NCBI GenBank assembly: GCA_050084985.1
Contig: JBITNC010000001.1
Location: forward strand, 152,334,001 to 152,398,000
Direction of reading: 5' to 3'
Length of the DNA stretch: 64,000 nt
From: Nageia nagi
Lineage: Eukaryota > Plantae > Pinophyta
Position numbers and translations under genes: made by a program. Every line of letters starts with the position of its first letter. Position 1 is the first letter of the stretch. The notes below the pieces were generated by a model that did no database searches, was not told the origin of the DNA, and worked only from the letters and a program-made list of their open reading frames with translations. Positions 12,063 through 26,466 of the stretch are shown here, piece by piece.

Positions 12063-15000
12063 TCAGGTTCCCCATTCCCTCATCTCCATGTTGTCCTCAT
12101 AAATGCCAAGACTATGCAAAAATGATGGACTACTATCATAAGGCATGCAAAAATCAGAATTCACTTCATACCTTTTAAGCATGTTCCAATGGCTGTCCCA
12201 AGCATCAAATGTACTAGCTTCTTGGAGTAATACTTCTAATTGATTTCCCCAATCATGCTTCTCAAAACCAGCCACTTCCATGATGATTCCATTGCAAGAT
12301 TCTTCATGAAGCAATATGTTAGCAACTTCTGATTTGGATTCTTTTACCTTCTATTCATTCTCCACACAAGATAGGCTGAAAGGTATTTCATGTCTACAAG
12401 GGCTGAATTTGTCATATTATTGTCATCTTGCATGTCTTGCAAATAAGCATGTATGAAATCTACCAAATTATGTATGGGAAAATCAACCTCCCAAAGGACA
12501 ATAATGATCAAGGCTGGCAACTCCTTCAAGAGTAACCATCTCTGAAATTGTTCTACAATCTCCTTCTTGAAACACTTCTTTGCTTGCGTGTTTTTGTTAC
12601 TGTCCCAAAATTGGCAGCCGAAACTTTTCTTTAATCTTGAGGGCATCACTAAAACTCATCATTGCTGAAGACATATCTCCAAGAGGAGTCTTACTATGCC
12701 AATTCAACATGGACTGAATTTAGAATTGCAAGTAAAATTCTCATTAGTGAAATAAATCATACCTTTTACCATCAATGAGCTAGCATCACCAAGTGTCTCC
12801 TCCCTTTGGAACATCTTTTCCATCCTTTTTGCTGTTATGTCTTGGATCATATCCTCCAAATCTTGCAATAATTCCTTTCTAAGTGAACTCCAAATCAGCT
12901 GCTCCTTTGATCTCAATGTCATCATGAAGACCTAACCCATTTGTGGATGCACAAGAAGAATTGTCTATAGCAGTCTCTTCATCAAGCTTGGCCTCAAAAC
13001 ATTTTTTATGAATGACACGATCATGCATAAATGGACTGCTGTTAGGAAACATATATGATGCCTCATACCTCTCAATGATGTTTTCCTTGCTGCCCCAATG
13101 TTTCAAGTGTTTCTCCTTCAAAGCTTGTCCCATGATCGAAATCAGCCCTATGCAATAATAAGTCTGATTTTGCTTCAAGATCAAAATCAGCAAGCTTCAT
13201 GACATCTTCTTTGCATGATTCCTAGGGAATGTTGGGACGGCTTCTTGTTCAAGAGGGGATTCATCCCAAGTTAGTCCTCTATCATATATAGGTGCTGGAA
13301 TACCTGGATCCTATGGATTGATGGGTTGATGTTTTTTATTTGAGAGAGTGTGTTCCTCATGATTAGTTGACTCCCTAAGCACATCATTCTTCCAACCAGA
13401 GAGGTCGAAACTATTGTGAAAACTTTTATCCATAGGATTAGCTTGGAAATCTAACCAACATCCTTTAGAATTATCATTACTAACATCTTCATATGCTGAT
13501 TTGAAAACTTCAGTGTGCTCACCTTCAACATGCTCTTCTTCAACAAATTTGTCATTTGCATTCATTCTACTAGTGCCATCACTTTCATAAGAAACATTTT
13601 GGGAATTTTCCACACATACCTCATCAACAAATTTTGATTTGAATTCCTCTTCTTTCTTTCTTACTTTTTTTGGCTGTTCATTCGTTCTCATTTTGTCTTC
13701 AAGAATGTCTACTTCCAAATCTGATTCTTTTTGTTGCGTCTTGTTTTTCTTTGAGCTTGCTTTCTTCATTGATTGCAAGTCTGTGTGCTTTGCTTCCTAT
13801 TGGGAAGGAAATGTTTCCTCTTACTCAGCGATCATTGTGAAATGATCAAGACGGAAAAACAACCCAGCATTAGGTGAGAACACGTTAGTGATCTTCTTTT
13901 GTAAGGAATGATACCCCAAGGTTTCTTACAAAGCTTGTGTCGTTAATATAAGCTTAAACTGTGTAGGTCTTGTTATGGGAATCAGCTGAGTGGTGTAGTA
14001 GAGGTAGCCCCTGTTAACTCACGTTTTTTGTAGGGACTGAGGTGTTTATGTGCAATGTTCGAAAGTTGCTATGGATTTTAAGGAAAGTAAAAATAAAGTC
14101 CATAAAAAGGGGACGAGAATGAATCAATACTAACAAGATGACAAAGAAAGAGTCACAGTGAAGCAGTGTCTAAGGTTTCTTACTTCCAAATTGGTCAAGA
14201 ATTCTCATTCGAAGTCTTTCAACTCAAAAATAAAATGACCTAAGTTGAATCTATTCTCAATAGGAGCGGGGAGCAAAGCTGTTATCGATACACCTAAGTG
14301 TAATCGATAACTAATCAAAAGAAAACATGACATAACAAGTGTGCACAAACTTTGTTTCGAATGAAAAATTCTAATTGGATGTCATCAAAGGGGAGCAAAC
14401 TTGTGCCTACCTCCAAGATGCATCAAACTTGATCAATTTTGAAAATGCTTTAGCCAAAAGGTGTCAAATTTGGGGGGCAATCCTTCCATAGTTTTAAGAA
14501 ACTTTTCAATTTTTTTGACAAAATGCTCTTATGCCTCCCTTAGGCGTTAGATATGAGGCTTTAATGTTGCGAAAAGGGGGCAAACTTGCACCTAGCTTGA
14601 GGAGGCCTTTACTTTGTTCAATTTTGGAACTTCCAAGGTCAATCTTGCATGAATTTTGATTTTACACCAAACCCATGCTTTTGTTTTTGCATTTGATCAT
14701 TTTAAAATTTCATCACTTTGAATCTCGAGCATGCTAGGTGCCAATATTTTAGCTTTGATGACACCAAATGGGGGCAATTCTGCGCTTGGCATGAGAGGAT
14801 GAATTCTCGGTCCAAAAGTGTTAGTGTAAAGTTGGAATTTTGTGTGATTTTGCACCTATCATGTCATGCATTCAAATTTTTTTGAAAATGAAACATTTCT
14901 CAATCTAGGCACCAAAATTCTAGCTTTGATGACCTCAAAGGACCCTAAACATGCGCCTAAGGGAAGAAGGCATGATTTTAGTCCTTTTTGCAAACTTCCA

Positions 15001-16193
15001 AGAGCAGTCTTGCTCAATTTTGTCTTCTCCTCAATACCCATATGCTCAATTTTCCATTTCTCAAGTCAAAGTTTGAAGATTTTTGTGTCTCCTTGAGGTA
15101 GGCACCAAAATTTTGGCTTTGATGATGCCAAAGGTGTTGAATCTTACACCTAGGTGCAAATGGCTTCCTTTTGATGCTTTTGCAAAAGTTCCAAGTCCAA
15201 TGTTGTGTAATCTTGACCTCCCTACAATACCCATATGCTAGATTTTTGATTTGCACAACTAAAAAATTGAAAATTTTATGTCCATGTAGGCTAGGTGCCA
15301 AAAATTTGGGGTTGATGTCATCAAACCTCTTAAAACATGTGCCTAAGGAATGAAGGAGCAAATCTTGTTCATTTTGGAAAGTTTCAAAAGCAAACTTGCA
15401 TGATTTTCAATCCTCCATGATGCCATGTCATCAAATTTGCATTCCAAATTTTGTCAAAAACAATTGCGCTTGGAAGCTAGGTGCCAATTCTTCCCTTTTA
15501 GTGGCCTTAAAGCTTAGAAATTGTGCCTTTTTGGGAGAGGGGGTAAACTTGGTTGAAATCGAAAATTTCCAAGCTTAAACTTGCTTGGAATGGAGTCCTT
15601 TACTAGCCAATCTCCTCAAATCCCAACTCTGGTAAACTTTGAAAAACGATCCCATCTCCATTGGCTTCATTCAAGTCCCAAAAATCTTGTTTTTTGGTGA
15701 AGTCGCTATGATCTTGGCCCCTTGGATTCAAAACTTGTGATTGTATTCTTTGATATTCTTCAGGGTCTTCAATGAGTATTCTCTGTGAATCGCTTCCTGA
15801 TATCATTTTTGCATTGTTCAAAATCAACTATCCGTCGCCTAAAGTCAATCTCAAGGCAATGCACCTCATTGCCTTTGCAAAAATAGGGTCCCCAAAATCT
15901 TATATTTTGGGGTGTGTTGTGCGGGCATAACACTTCCTCAAAAATCTTGGTAGCCATGTGGGTGAAGATTGAGCATGTGTGCTTTCTCTTCCCCGATCTT
16001 GTCGAGCAACATGAATTGTTGGTGGTGTAGGCCCATAGCTGGATTTTTGTTGTAAGTCTCTTTTCTCTTTACATCTATTGCTGCTCCAATGCCCATTTAT
16101 CTTTTTTCCTAGGATTTCTAAAAACAACTGAAAATAAACACCCTTTTTGAAATTTTCAGATCTACGTTGATACTTCTGGTATAGGGCTTCCAT
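12063..16193 (-). pseudogene. Degenerate retroelement ORF (gag-like N-terminus plus acidic region), split by the 13798-15932 insertion
   Basis: LYQKYQRRSENFKKGVYFQLFLEILGKK resembles LYQEYSSNTPEFKSNVTFSMYLEFLGKK in the gag at ~10340-10420. Broken ORFs continue 13778 to 12063. Confidence 0.55.
13798..15932 (-). mobile_element. Solo-LTR-like unit of the terminal-palindrome family (2,135 bp)
   Basis: TSD CTTCC (13793-13797 / 15933-15937). Terminal TGTTGTGCGGGCATAACA plus GGGTCCC..AAAAT motif shared with 36160-36213. Confidence 0.8.
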
Positions 16194-16217
16194 TTCCTCC
16201 TCACTCCTTAGATTCGA

Positions 16218-17580
16218 TGTATAAGACGAGGCTTGTGGCTAAGGGATTTGCACGAAAAGTAGGAATTGACTATGATTAGACATTTGCTCCTACAACTAAA
16301 TGGTCTACCATTTGTTCTTTTTTGGCTATGTCAACTCAATATGAGTGGAAAGTCATCAAATGAATGTGAAAACAACAATTTTGAATGATGATTTGAAATA
16401 AAATGTATACATGATGCAACCAAGAGGATTTGTAGTGAAGAATCAAAAACATTAGATGTGCAAGCTCATCAAGTCTTTGTACGGCCTAAAGCAAGTTCCT
16501 CGCACATGGTACAAAAAGCTTACTGAGTATCTTTTGTGCATTAATTTCGAACACTTTAATCTTGATAATGCAACATTATTTGTCAAGAAATTTGGCAAAC
16601 CTGTTGTATATCATGTGCTGTATGTAGATGATCTTTTGATAATAGGGAACAATGAAAAATACTTTGCGTTAGTGAAACAACAGTTAAAGAAAGGTTTTGA
16701 GATTACTGATATGAATCATCTTCACTACTATTTGGGTGTTGAAGTGACAAACATCAAGGTACATTTTCATTTTGCAAAGAAAGTGCATTGGAGAATTGTT
16801 GAATAAATTTGGCATGGAAGATTGCAAACCTCCTTCTACTCTCATGGAACAAAATTTAAAGGTTAAATCAGTTGAAGGGAATCATTTTGAAGATGCTCCA
16901 AAATATACGCAACTTATAGCAAGTCTCATTTATTTAACCCTAACTATACCAAATATTTTATTTGCTATTGGATATCCCTCTTGGTTTATACAAAACCCGT
17001 GTGAAGGACATTGGGTAGCAATAAAGAGAGTCCTTAGAGATCTGAAAACAACAAAAGATTTTGAGCTCAAATATTCAAAGATGTGAGACATCAAAGTAAT
17101 TGGATACTCTGATTTAGACTTTGATGGTGATAAGGAGAATGGAGTTTCGACTTTAAGATATCTCATGATTCTTTGATCAACAACTATCTCTTGGAGGTTA
17201 CGAAAACAATCCATTTTGACAGATTCCACTACTGAGGCAGAATATGTGGCTGCTGTAGAAGCAACAAAGGAGATTGTCTGGCTCAAGAAGATACTAAAAG
17301 ATTTGCAGGAGAAACAAGTCCATCCTACTCTACTTTTGATTGATAATACTTTTGCAATAAAATTGGCCAAGAATCCAAAATTCCCAAAATTCCATGATTG
17401 AACCAAGCATATCAATACAAAATATAACTTGATTCGACATCATGTCAAGGTCAAGACAGTTGAAGTGAAACATTGTTCCACTGATGAACAAACTGTAGAC
17501 ATCCTCACCAATCCGCTTGTATGAGAACTTCAAAAAGATGCTTGAACTTTCAAATACCCCTTTGGATTGGGGGGGGAGTA
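16218..17580 (+). mobile_element. Ty1/copia RT-RNase H remnant with PPT; 3' LTR begins TGTTAG at 17581
   Basis: YKTRLVAKGF, KSLYGLKQ, LYVDDLLI, STTEAEYVA motifs. G-rich PPT at 17569-17578. Confidence 0.9.
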
Positions 17581-19361
17581 TGTTAGAATCACAATCCTTA
17601 GGGATTATTTTAGTAGATTTAGTATGCTTATATCCTAAATTTGTAGCTAATGTGGCATAGCTTTTTTTAGGAAGTTACAATAGGAGTAATTTTAGGTCTT
17701 TTGTTGTCAAGTGGACACCAACTCAATGTGATACCACAACATTACTTTTTCATGTATATTTGGCCATTTTGAATCTAGTCCAATACTTTAGCTTGGAGAT
17801 ACTTGCTGGGCCTGACACCAGAGACAACAGTTTTTACACAAATGCCTCCTAAGTTCACTTTTTGTTTTCATGCAGTACAGACATAGCGCGCTCTGCAGAT
17901 TCAGTGGAAGAAATTGATGAAGTATTGTGTAGTATAAGTCTTAAATTATATGAATTGGATAGTAACTCAGATAACACACTGCAAGCAACCATAACACAAA
18001 AATTGTAACTCAGGTTTGTCAATCCATCTATCAGCATCAGATGAGTTTGCTTATTTAATAAGGGGACAAGTTGGTCATGTGCTTTACATTCAACATTAGT
18101 GATATGTCTAAATATTGATCAGCAGCTATAAAGACTCCGTGAAAATAGGAAACACTCAAACTGGGTCAGGCAAGGCTTGAAGAGGAAACCAAAAGTCTTT
18201 GCTATAATCAGGTCAGCAATACCAAGACAAAGGCGCTCAGTATCTCAATCTCACTTTTTCTTTTCCTGATGTCAAAAGTTAAGTATTCACTCGGCAATTA
18301 GATATTCCAAATCTTTGGATTCTGGTCTTTAGTTCAGATGTTGATTGCAAAATTAGGAACAAACAAGACTAGGGCCAAGAATATCCACTGTGATATGGTC
18401 ATTTCTTCCAAGTGAAGACCAGCAGTTACAGTCCCCTTTATTGCTTGTCTTAAAATACTACAGCAATTCTCAAAATCGTTCTTTATGTTATATTCTACTG
18501 ATCGAAATTTGATCATTGCCCTTTTCTGTGTTTGGGTTTGTACAATGCAGCTTTAATAGTAATGGAATTGCTGTTTAGAAGTCTTTTCAGGATATTCTTA
18601 AGCAATTAAGGACATTTTTTTGCACCGGAGAAATGATGGTGGTTTTTGTCTCTCCGCACTTGATGAGGAACTCAAGTTTAGCCCCATCGGGTGGTTAATG
18701 GCTCTAACATGGAGATACCTCAGGCTTACGATTTTAATGTGAGCTTTTCATGTATAGGCATGTTTTGTATTTAATTTAAATAGTCTTTTTAAATTTTTAT
18801 TCCTTGTGTAACATGTACAGCAGCCTGCTCTGAAAGTCATATAAAGGAATACGATGAGCATAGTAGCAACTTGTAATAGATGATCATAATCTTTTGACCC
18901 CAGTGTTACACCAAAGGTACAATGTTAATACAGAAGTACATGCAGATGCTCTTTGTTTTGTAATATCAACTTTATATTAGTAGAATTTTCATATTTTTCC
19001 TGTAAAAAGCAATAGATTCTCTTCAAGAACCATGCATAGAGAGACATTTATCTCCTTAGAGGGAGATTTTTTAAGGTTTTGATGGTAATAGGTATCTCCC
19101 CATTTCTCCAGTAATCATGGAAAGTAAAGATCTTATGTTTATTGCTGCCAGCACACGTGTGAAGCCAACTTATTGCATTTGGTATTGTGTCATACTTGAT
19201 TCCTCTGTATGCGGCTATGATGAGCCTGTATGAGGAGCACTATTTTACTATTACGTATGTTCCAAGACATCTCAAGGAAAGTCCCTGTAATAAGGGCATT
19301 TTGCAAGACTTTGTGCTATATATCCCATTGGGAATTTATCTCAGTATTTTCATTTCTGCAG

Positions 19362-19528
19362 GGAGAATGTGGTGTCACTGTCGGATGGTTTATTTGCCAA
19401 TGTCATATTTGTATGGGCGGAGATTTGTGGGACCTCTGACGAAGACTGTCATATCTTTAAGGAAGGAGCTTTATACAATGCCTTATGAGGAAGTAGATTG
19501 GAATAAAGCACGTAATTTGTGCGCCAAG
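19362..19528 (+). CDS. CAS1: Cycloartenol synthase / oxidosqualene cyclase, internal exon (167 nt; [19 protein letters not shown]...RNLCAK)
   Basis: ttctgcAG acceptor and AAG|GT donor. MWCHCR motif. Near-identical to the plant CAS1 segment [18 protein letters not shown]. Confidence 0.95.
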
Positions 19529-20335
19529 GTCACTACTTTCCTTTTCCTCCCATCTTAATATTTTGTTTTACATATTATTCATTTGCTTTTCTGCTTTTTT
19601 TTCTACTTGCTTGTTTTTCACTAATTTTTGGTACACCTCAGAATATTGCCCAAGCTCTTGCAGGAAAAATATATTAAAATTTACTGGAAAAGTAGTAGTC
19701 AGTTGACCTGGAGGGTGGGAGTATTTATGAAAGAGTTGTTTTGGTGTCTTCAATCCTGTTTAGGTTGAAATCTTAGGGAAATTTTAGAATAAAGTTATCA
19801 ACAGTATGCCACCATCCGTTGAATTCTTTTCATGTTTGTAAATATAGGCTTCATTAGTTTCATTTTTCTTGGTACTTTGGTTCCTTTTGTTTTGTCTCTT
19901 CTGTTTAAATGAGATTCTTCAGAAATATAGCTCTGTTTCTTTCTTTGTTTTTGTTCCATTAGTCCACAATAATTCTCTATTTTTGCTATTTTATGCATTT
20001 ATTCTCTTATTTTCCTTTTTCATGCTTGAAGGCAGTCTTAGAATTTAGAACAAATTTTCACCTTGCTAATCTATTCTATACTACCAAACTTTCAATCTTA
20101 TTATAGAAAAAGGAAATATATTATAGTCCACATGTGACCAAAAATAGGTAAATGGGACCCAACGGTAAAATCTAGTTATGAAAGGAAAAAACATTAGGGT
20201 TTGAGAACACTTGGGACTGACATAAAAGGCTATAAAAGCTATTCAAATGACAGTAAAACATCCAAAGAGAGGCTAGTGAATATCAAACAATGTCAAATTC
20301 AAAGATATGGGCCAGGATAAATAGTAGGTAGAGAA

Positions 20336-21850
20336 ATGGTGCACGTTCCTTGCTTCTGCTACATCGCTTTCGCTAACCTTATTGCGTTCTACCCCTTTGC
20401 TTACTACTTTCGTCCCCACTCTCACCTACTTGTTCGCTTGCACACTAGCTTGCTTGTTTCCTGTACTCTTCCACTTCTCTTCCTCTTTCCTTCCCTATGT
20501 GTCCTCCCCCCCTCTTCGCTTTACTCTCTTCTGCAATGCATCACCATGGCTCAACTTGAAGCAAAAGATTGGTCTAGTCTTTTCAAGTTTGAATGCACCA
20601 AGGTGGTAATTGACTATCCTTTAGAACCTGAAATTGTGAATGAAGAAAGAACCAAAGAACTCAACATCCTGGATGACCTTATCGTGTCGGAAGAACACTA
20701 CAATAAATGATCTTGCTTTGGAAAATTGATTGGATTTCACCTAAGCATCGACCAAATTCGTGCATGGATTGATCTTGATTGGAAAATTTAGGGTGCGCTT
20801 AACATCATTCTACTTCCAAAAGATTTTTTGCTATTCAAAGTTTCAATATGAACTCGATATGGATGAAGTCCATAGAGGTCCTTGGTTCTTTCGGAAAAAG
20901 GGACCAACAACAAATTGTACAAATGATTTCCATCGGAAAAAGAAACTGTCTCAATTACACCAACATGGGTTTAGTTACTTGAGCTCCCTATTGTATTTTG
21001 GAATGTAAACATTATTGTTGTAATAACAAAGTCAATCCGATCCCTAATCGGTATAGATTCAACAACATCTAAAAAAAGAAGGATGTTCGGGGCATGCTTT
21101 TGTGTCAACGTCGATCTCACCAAGGAACTTTTGATGAAGATCATCTTGAGGACCTAATAAAAAATTGAATATGAGCATCTCATACCGAAGTGCAGTATCT
21201 GCAACACAATGAGTCACATAGATAGGGTATGTCCAAATAGATCCAGGGATCCCCTAGAGCCAACCAAGGAAGAAACCTGATCGCACCACAAAGAAGATAC
21301 CAACCAAGACACAGTCCACAGGAACCCTCAAAAAGACCTAGGTACAACAACAACAATCCTGTCAACCCTCTCAAAACAACCTCAACACTTGAAACTGAGA
21401 ATTCATGTGAGTCACTTATTGCCTTTGACCTAGAGGTGGAGGCTATCCAATAATAAAAAAGACACGCGGATAGTCAACAAGCCAATCCTCAACTCAACAA
21501 ATTAGGTGAACTACCAAAAACCAACACGACAATGACACACTCCTCTGCCCCAATATTGGTAGCCACCCCCACCTCCCACATCCTTGCCTCCACACCCACC
21601 ACAACCTCCTTTCCCCCTCCCTCCACCTCCACCTGAGACATTCAACAAATTACAATAGGAGAATCCTCTAAGCCCACAAACCCACAAAAATCATCGAAAT
21701 TGCTACTCAGAAAAACACGAAGCACTCGCAAATATGCAAATGTCGATAAAGGACCAGTTGGAAGGCCATTAGAAGGAGAGGTTTGTCATAGAGAAATGAC
21801 TAAGTAGATTGCAGATGGAACTCAAACCATCTTAAGCTGACATGGAGGAT
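20336..21850 (+). mobile_element. Degenerate L1-type LINE 5' region / ORF1 (DUF4283-like)
   Basis: CT-rich leader, then GKLIGFHLS..RAWID..W, GPWFF, LPIVFWN, GIDS and CVNVDLTKEL segments typical of plant L1 ORF1. Confidence 0.7.
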
Positions 21851-22439
21851 ACCTCACCTCTCTTTCTAAATGATTATTACAACAATTAGCAATGGAGTTT
21901 GCGCCTCCTCCTTTAACAACAAATGCAAAATAGATACTCACAAATCTCCCATGGAACTACACCACATCTTGCATTTGATATCCGCACTGCCCAAAATTTG
22001 AGGAAGGAAACCATTTTGACAAAGCCCTTCCCTTTTCCAATCACACTTGAACACGTCTCCCACTTCACATGTTAGCCCACCTACCAATTCACAAACTCAA
22101 AGACATTATTATGTTGCATGGCCACCCTCGAACGCTAAAATCACTCATGCGGAAGGACTTACAACTTAGGTACGAAAGTCCTCTTCCTGACATCATCCAT
22201 GTATGCTATCTCATTATAATAGGCAAGAGAACCAGAATCGCTAACATTGGCTGCTTCTTTTGCTCCTTGCAATTTTTCCAATTCCAACAAGAACCTGCTA
22301 TCATGGAACCCAATTCACCATTTGAATTCGTCAATGATGCGGATGCATAGCGTAAATTACAGAAAGGGGGCTTCCAAGATTTCATGCAATGCTGCTCTGG
22401 TGCAATGCCTATGTTTATTCGTGTGGTGGCAAGCAGTTG

Positions 22440-22920
22440 GAAGGATGGCCTTGGTCTTAGATAAGTTCACTGTTAACTATCTCAAGATACAAAAGGCAAG
22501 TAATATGTCCACATGATGCTGAAGTCCCTCACGGGTCTAGGCCAGAAGGAAAACATCATCAACAAAGAGGATGATAGAAATCAACACATGGTGAAGTAGG
22601 CAACTATCCTCTACATGTGTGCTCTTGGATAAATGACTCAATTTCAATTATGAAGATCCCAAAGAATATCGGAGAAAGGGTATAACCTTGTTTCACTTCT
22701 ATGGTACTGAGAATGTTGTTTGAAAATCCTGTGGAGATCGAAACCGACCTATCACTGTGTCATACAACCACAACACTTCTGTTAAAAGCTGTCTAGAGAT
22801 GCCAACCGACCAAAGCCTCTCAAGTAGCAGGTGCTAAGGTAATGTGTCAACGCTCAAAAGCTTTCCTGAAGTAAAAAAAGAAGCAGTAGACTCTCAAAGA
22901 TTTGGAACGCACCTCCACAA
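22440..22920 (-). mobile_element. LINE RT fragment of the same family as 992-7110
   Basis: Reverse complement gives FRKAF, IGRFR, VKQG..LSP, ILFVDDVFLL, VNLSKTKA, collinear with 4090-4530. Confidence 0.75.
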
Positions 22921-25900
22921 TAATTGTCCTGAGGACTAGGATATGATCTGTGGTCTGGTGGATTAGAATTCATGTCTTTCCTACCAAGACGATATGAGGA
23001 CACGGAAAGCACGATATGGATATTTAACAAGTGTATTTGCTTTTGTTCTATGGATTAATCACCTGCAGGAAGAATGATAGGTTCTTCTTATTTTCAGTGT
23101 GATGAAAATTTTCATATTTGCTTTCTTATACTTAATTCGCAATAATTACAAGAGTTATTGTTGAAAGGATGTCAAGGATGCTGTCACCATTCTTTTATAC
23201 GGGGATGTCTGTGAATGTTCCTGAATTGCTTTCTTGTAGTCTTTCACAATGATTATGGAAAATTGTGATACAATTGATGGATATGCATCTTTGCCTACAT
23301 ATAATTTGTTTAGGATTTGTTATCTAGGACCTGAATGATTTCCACTCTTTCTGGTTAGACTCTATGGCAGAAAAGTATAGCTTTACAAATTTGTCCCTAA
23401 ATAAAGGATGCAAAATTTAGAGCAGCAAATATTTGGATGATAATGAAAGAAATAATAAATACCTATTTCTACTGCTGCCAAAATAGTGATTGCAATATAT
23501 TGGCAAGACCTAAAAATCATATTTGTAAAAAACCAACATTTTTAGAAATATGTATTGATTTTATTTTTATAAATTTCAAACAACTTGTCATTTTTGAATG
23601 AATCAGTATCTTTAAAATAGATATTGTTGGTCTGGAAGAAATTGAACTTTATCACATTTTGTTTTGCATATTTTGGCAATTAGTATAGAAGCATTTTCAT
23701 GTTAAATCCATATGAAATTCAGGTAGAAGAATTCTATCTGACTATAGAATTGGTATATTTGTTCCTGGTGTACTACTATTCGCTTTCCTAATGGTAGGTC
23801 CTCACAAGGTCAATTTGTGACTGCCCTTGACATGTGAAAAGATGCACCTGGACAAACTACCACTGTATCCCTTTTGGTATATATCTCAATTGAACAACGT
23901 TTTAGCCTGCACAAACTATTAGACCTCCAATAATGGCAAGTGCAACTCTTACTATTGTTCTGTTACCATTACTTTCTTTGGTCCTTTTCCTAAGCTTGCA
24001 TAGAATGGAAATTGGAAACACTTTCTACTCCCTATATTCTAATATTTTACAAGCCACCCAGTCCTTTGCATATTTCGGCAATCTGTTTTAGATCCATCTC
24101 AAATTTTGAACGAATTCTATCTGACAACATTGCTATGTATGTTTCTTATGTACTGCTGTTGAATTTCTTAAAGTTGGGTCATAACAAGGTTTACTCATTA
24201 TTTTCTCTGACATGTTTCAAGATGCTCATGGAGGAACTACACTCTTTCCCGTTCTCCTGCTATATGACTCCATTGAGCAACTTTCTAGCTATGCCAACTT
24301 CACCTTTTACACCTCCATTAAAAATATTTCATCTTCCCATTGTTCTGCCACCATTTAGTGCCTTTAGTCCCCTTTTAAAGCTTGTGTAGAATGTAGATAC
24401 TTCATGTGTCCCTTCTTCTAATGCTGATCGAGGAACTTCTCACTATCTTTTTCTAAGGATTGGAAACAACCAGGGCAAAAGAAGATTTTTTCTTTATGTT
24501 GCTTCAGCATGAATTTGCTTCTGTTATTGTTTGGCAGAACAACTCACTTGCAACATATGGTGCCCCTAAGTGTGATTGGAAGAGTATTTGTGATAAAATA
24601 TTCTAGATAATCTATCCGATATCCTGCTTTTTGTCAGCTCTTGGGTGTTGATGCAGGTTGGAGTGGACATCACAATTAATACAATGGCAATTAGAGATCG
24701 TGTCATAAACTATGAGATTAAGACTAGTCACTCATCAGTAGTAGCTAAACGGGGGAAAGAATTAGTTTCTATTCATTTCTGTTTTAGAAGAACATTTGTA
24801 TGAATGCTATAAAGGACATGTCTAAGGCTGACCATATCCATTGTTCTTTCCAGATATGTGTAATATTCCAAACTAGAGAAAGCATGATTTATAATAAAAT
24901 ATGTAAATCCACTTCAAGTCTTATTACTCCAATTTGGATAAATTACCAAACGATGCCCAAGCTTAATGCGGAATATTAAATAACTCAAATAAATGCTAAA
25001 ATGTTCATAAAAATAGGACGAGTTATGCAAGTACTCAAAATTAGGAAAATTAGGGCAAAATAACTCAAGCGACCAATATTCCAAAATTGAGGTGTAATTA
25101 TGAGACACAAAAATATGCAATAAATACCAATAATCTCATAAATGTCCAACGAACCAATAATGATGACTCAAGGAGCTCAAAATGGACTTCAGAGGGTGAC
25201 TTCTCACCAAGGAGTTATAGACATCACAATGAAGATTTTGAAAATGACCAAACTTCCTCCCCAGGCTTGATGTCTCACTCCTAGGGCTTGGATAGGTTTC
25301 CACACTTCACCTTCAAAGCTCGATGACGAGGGTAGATCTTCTCGAACCGCTCGAGGGCTATTCAAGGCTAATTTTTTGAATATATGAGGCGCCAAGGTCT
25401 AAATGCCAACTTGAGAGTTTTTGTCCGCAAGATGAGGTTTCTCTTCAAGGGTTTCATCCATTCGAGAGATTCTTTGCAGGGTTTTCATCCTTTGAGAGAA
25501 AGAGAAGTATGCACTCCAAAAGGGGGGTTAAAAGATATCAAAACATGTCTTCAAGTCATATGCTCATCTCCCTTATATAATGCTCTTGTGGAGAAGCCTT
25601 TTCTAATTTGTGGTTGGCCGACCCAACCCAATCATTAAATCACTCTTAATAGACAATTAGACCTTCCTACCTTGGGCGTCCACCTTTTAGGAGTAAACAA
25701 GGTCCTCAAATTACAAATATGGCCCACAATTACTAATAAAATAATAAAGACACTTAAATTACTTAAAATGACCCTTAGCACACCAAGAGGTGTGACGTCT
25801 ACGCTTGGAGTGCTCAATTTCTAGTTTTTGGACCCAAGGATGAGGCATCCAACATCATAGGGTGGACATATGATTTTTATGTATCCCTTTGACACCAGAC

Positions 25901-26466
25901 ATTTACAAAAATAATACAATATTCCTAATTGCTAGAAAATTACAATGAAGATGAGCGTCCCATTTAATTTGGCACATAGAAATGGAATGCCTTAATTTTG
26001 GAATATTACAAATTCACCCTTCCTAAAATGCATGAGCCCAAGCAATTCAAAGGTACATTTGTAGTAGCCAACTCCTTTTCTTCACATTCATCTTCATCTT
26101 CAAGTGTTGACGTGAGAGCAATCTTCAAATATTCCTTTCGGGGACTATGGCTGGACTTGATCTTCAAATTTTTATGAGTGTTGTATGTTGAGGTGTGAAG
26201 CACCATCTTCGTCATCTTTTCTAGAGCATATATGAAATTTACTAACTCATGTGAGTTAGGAAATCTCACACTTGATGTTTCACTCTTGTAGGGGTCTTTG
26301 TAGGCCGATCCCATGCTCCAATCTTGTGTGTGTTGCTGTCCAAGGACTAATTTATGTGTAGGGGACTGAATTTTGTTCATCCGTACATCTTCAAGCTTTC
26401 TACTTCTTGTACCCCAAACCGTAAGAATGTCCCTCTAGCTGCGTGGGATTGTAAAGAGTGCAAGAA

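Noticed and set aside
17780-19361. Search for the preceding CAS1 exon (VLGxFEWSGNNP...)
   Set aside because: No matching coding sequence seen here or elsewhere upstream in the window by eye.
19187-19558. ORF-track entries 19187-19558, 38589-38885, 50682-50885, 53143-53370 and 58530-58724 as stand-alone genes
   Set aside because: Each is a CAS1 exon read through into intron. Homology stops at the splice sites.
23900-24480. Possible L1 ORF2 fragments here and at 42560-43220
   Set aside because: Too degenerate; no diagnostic motif could be read with confidence.
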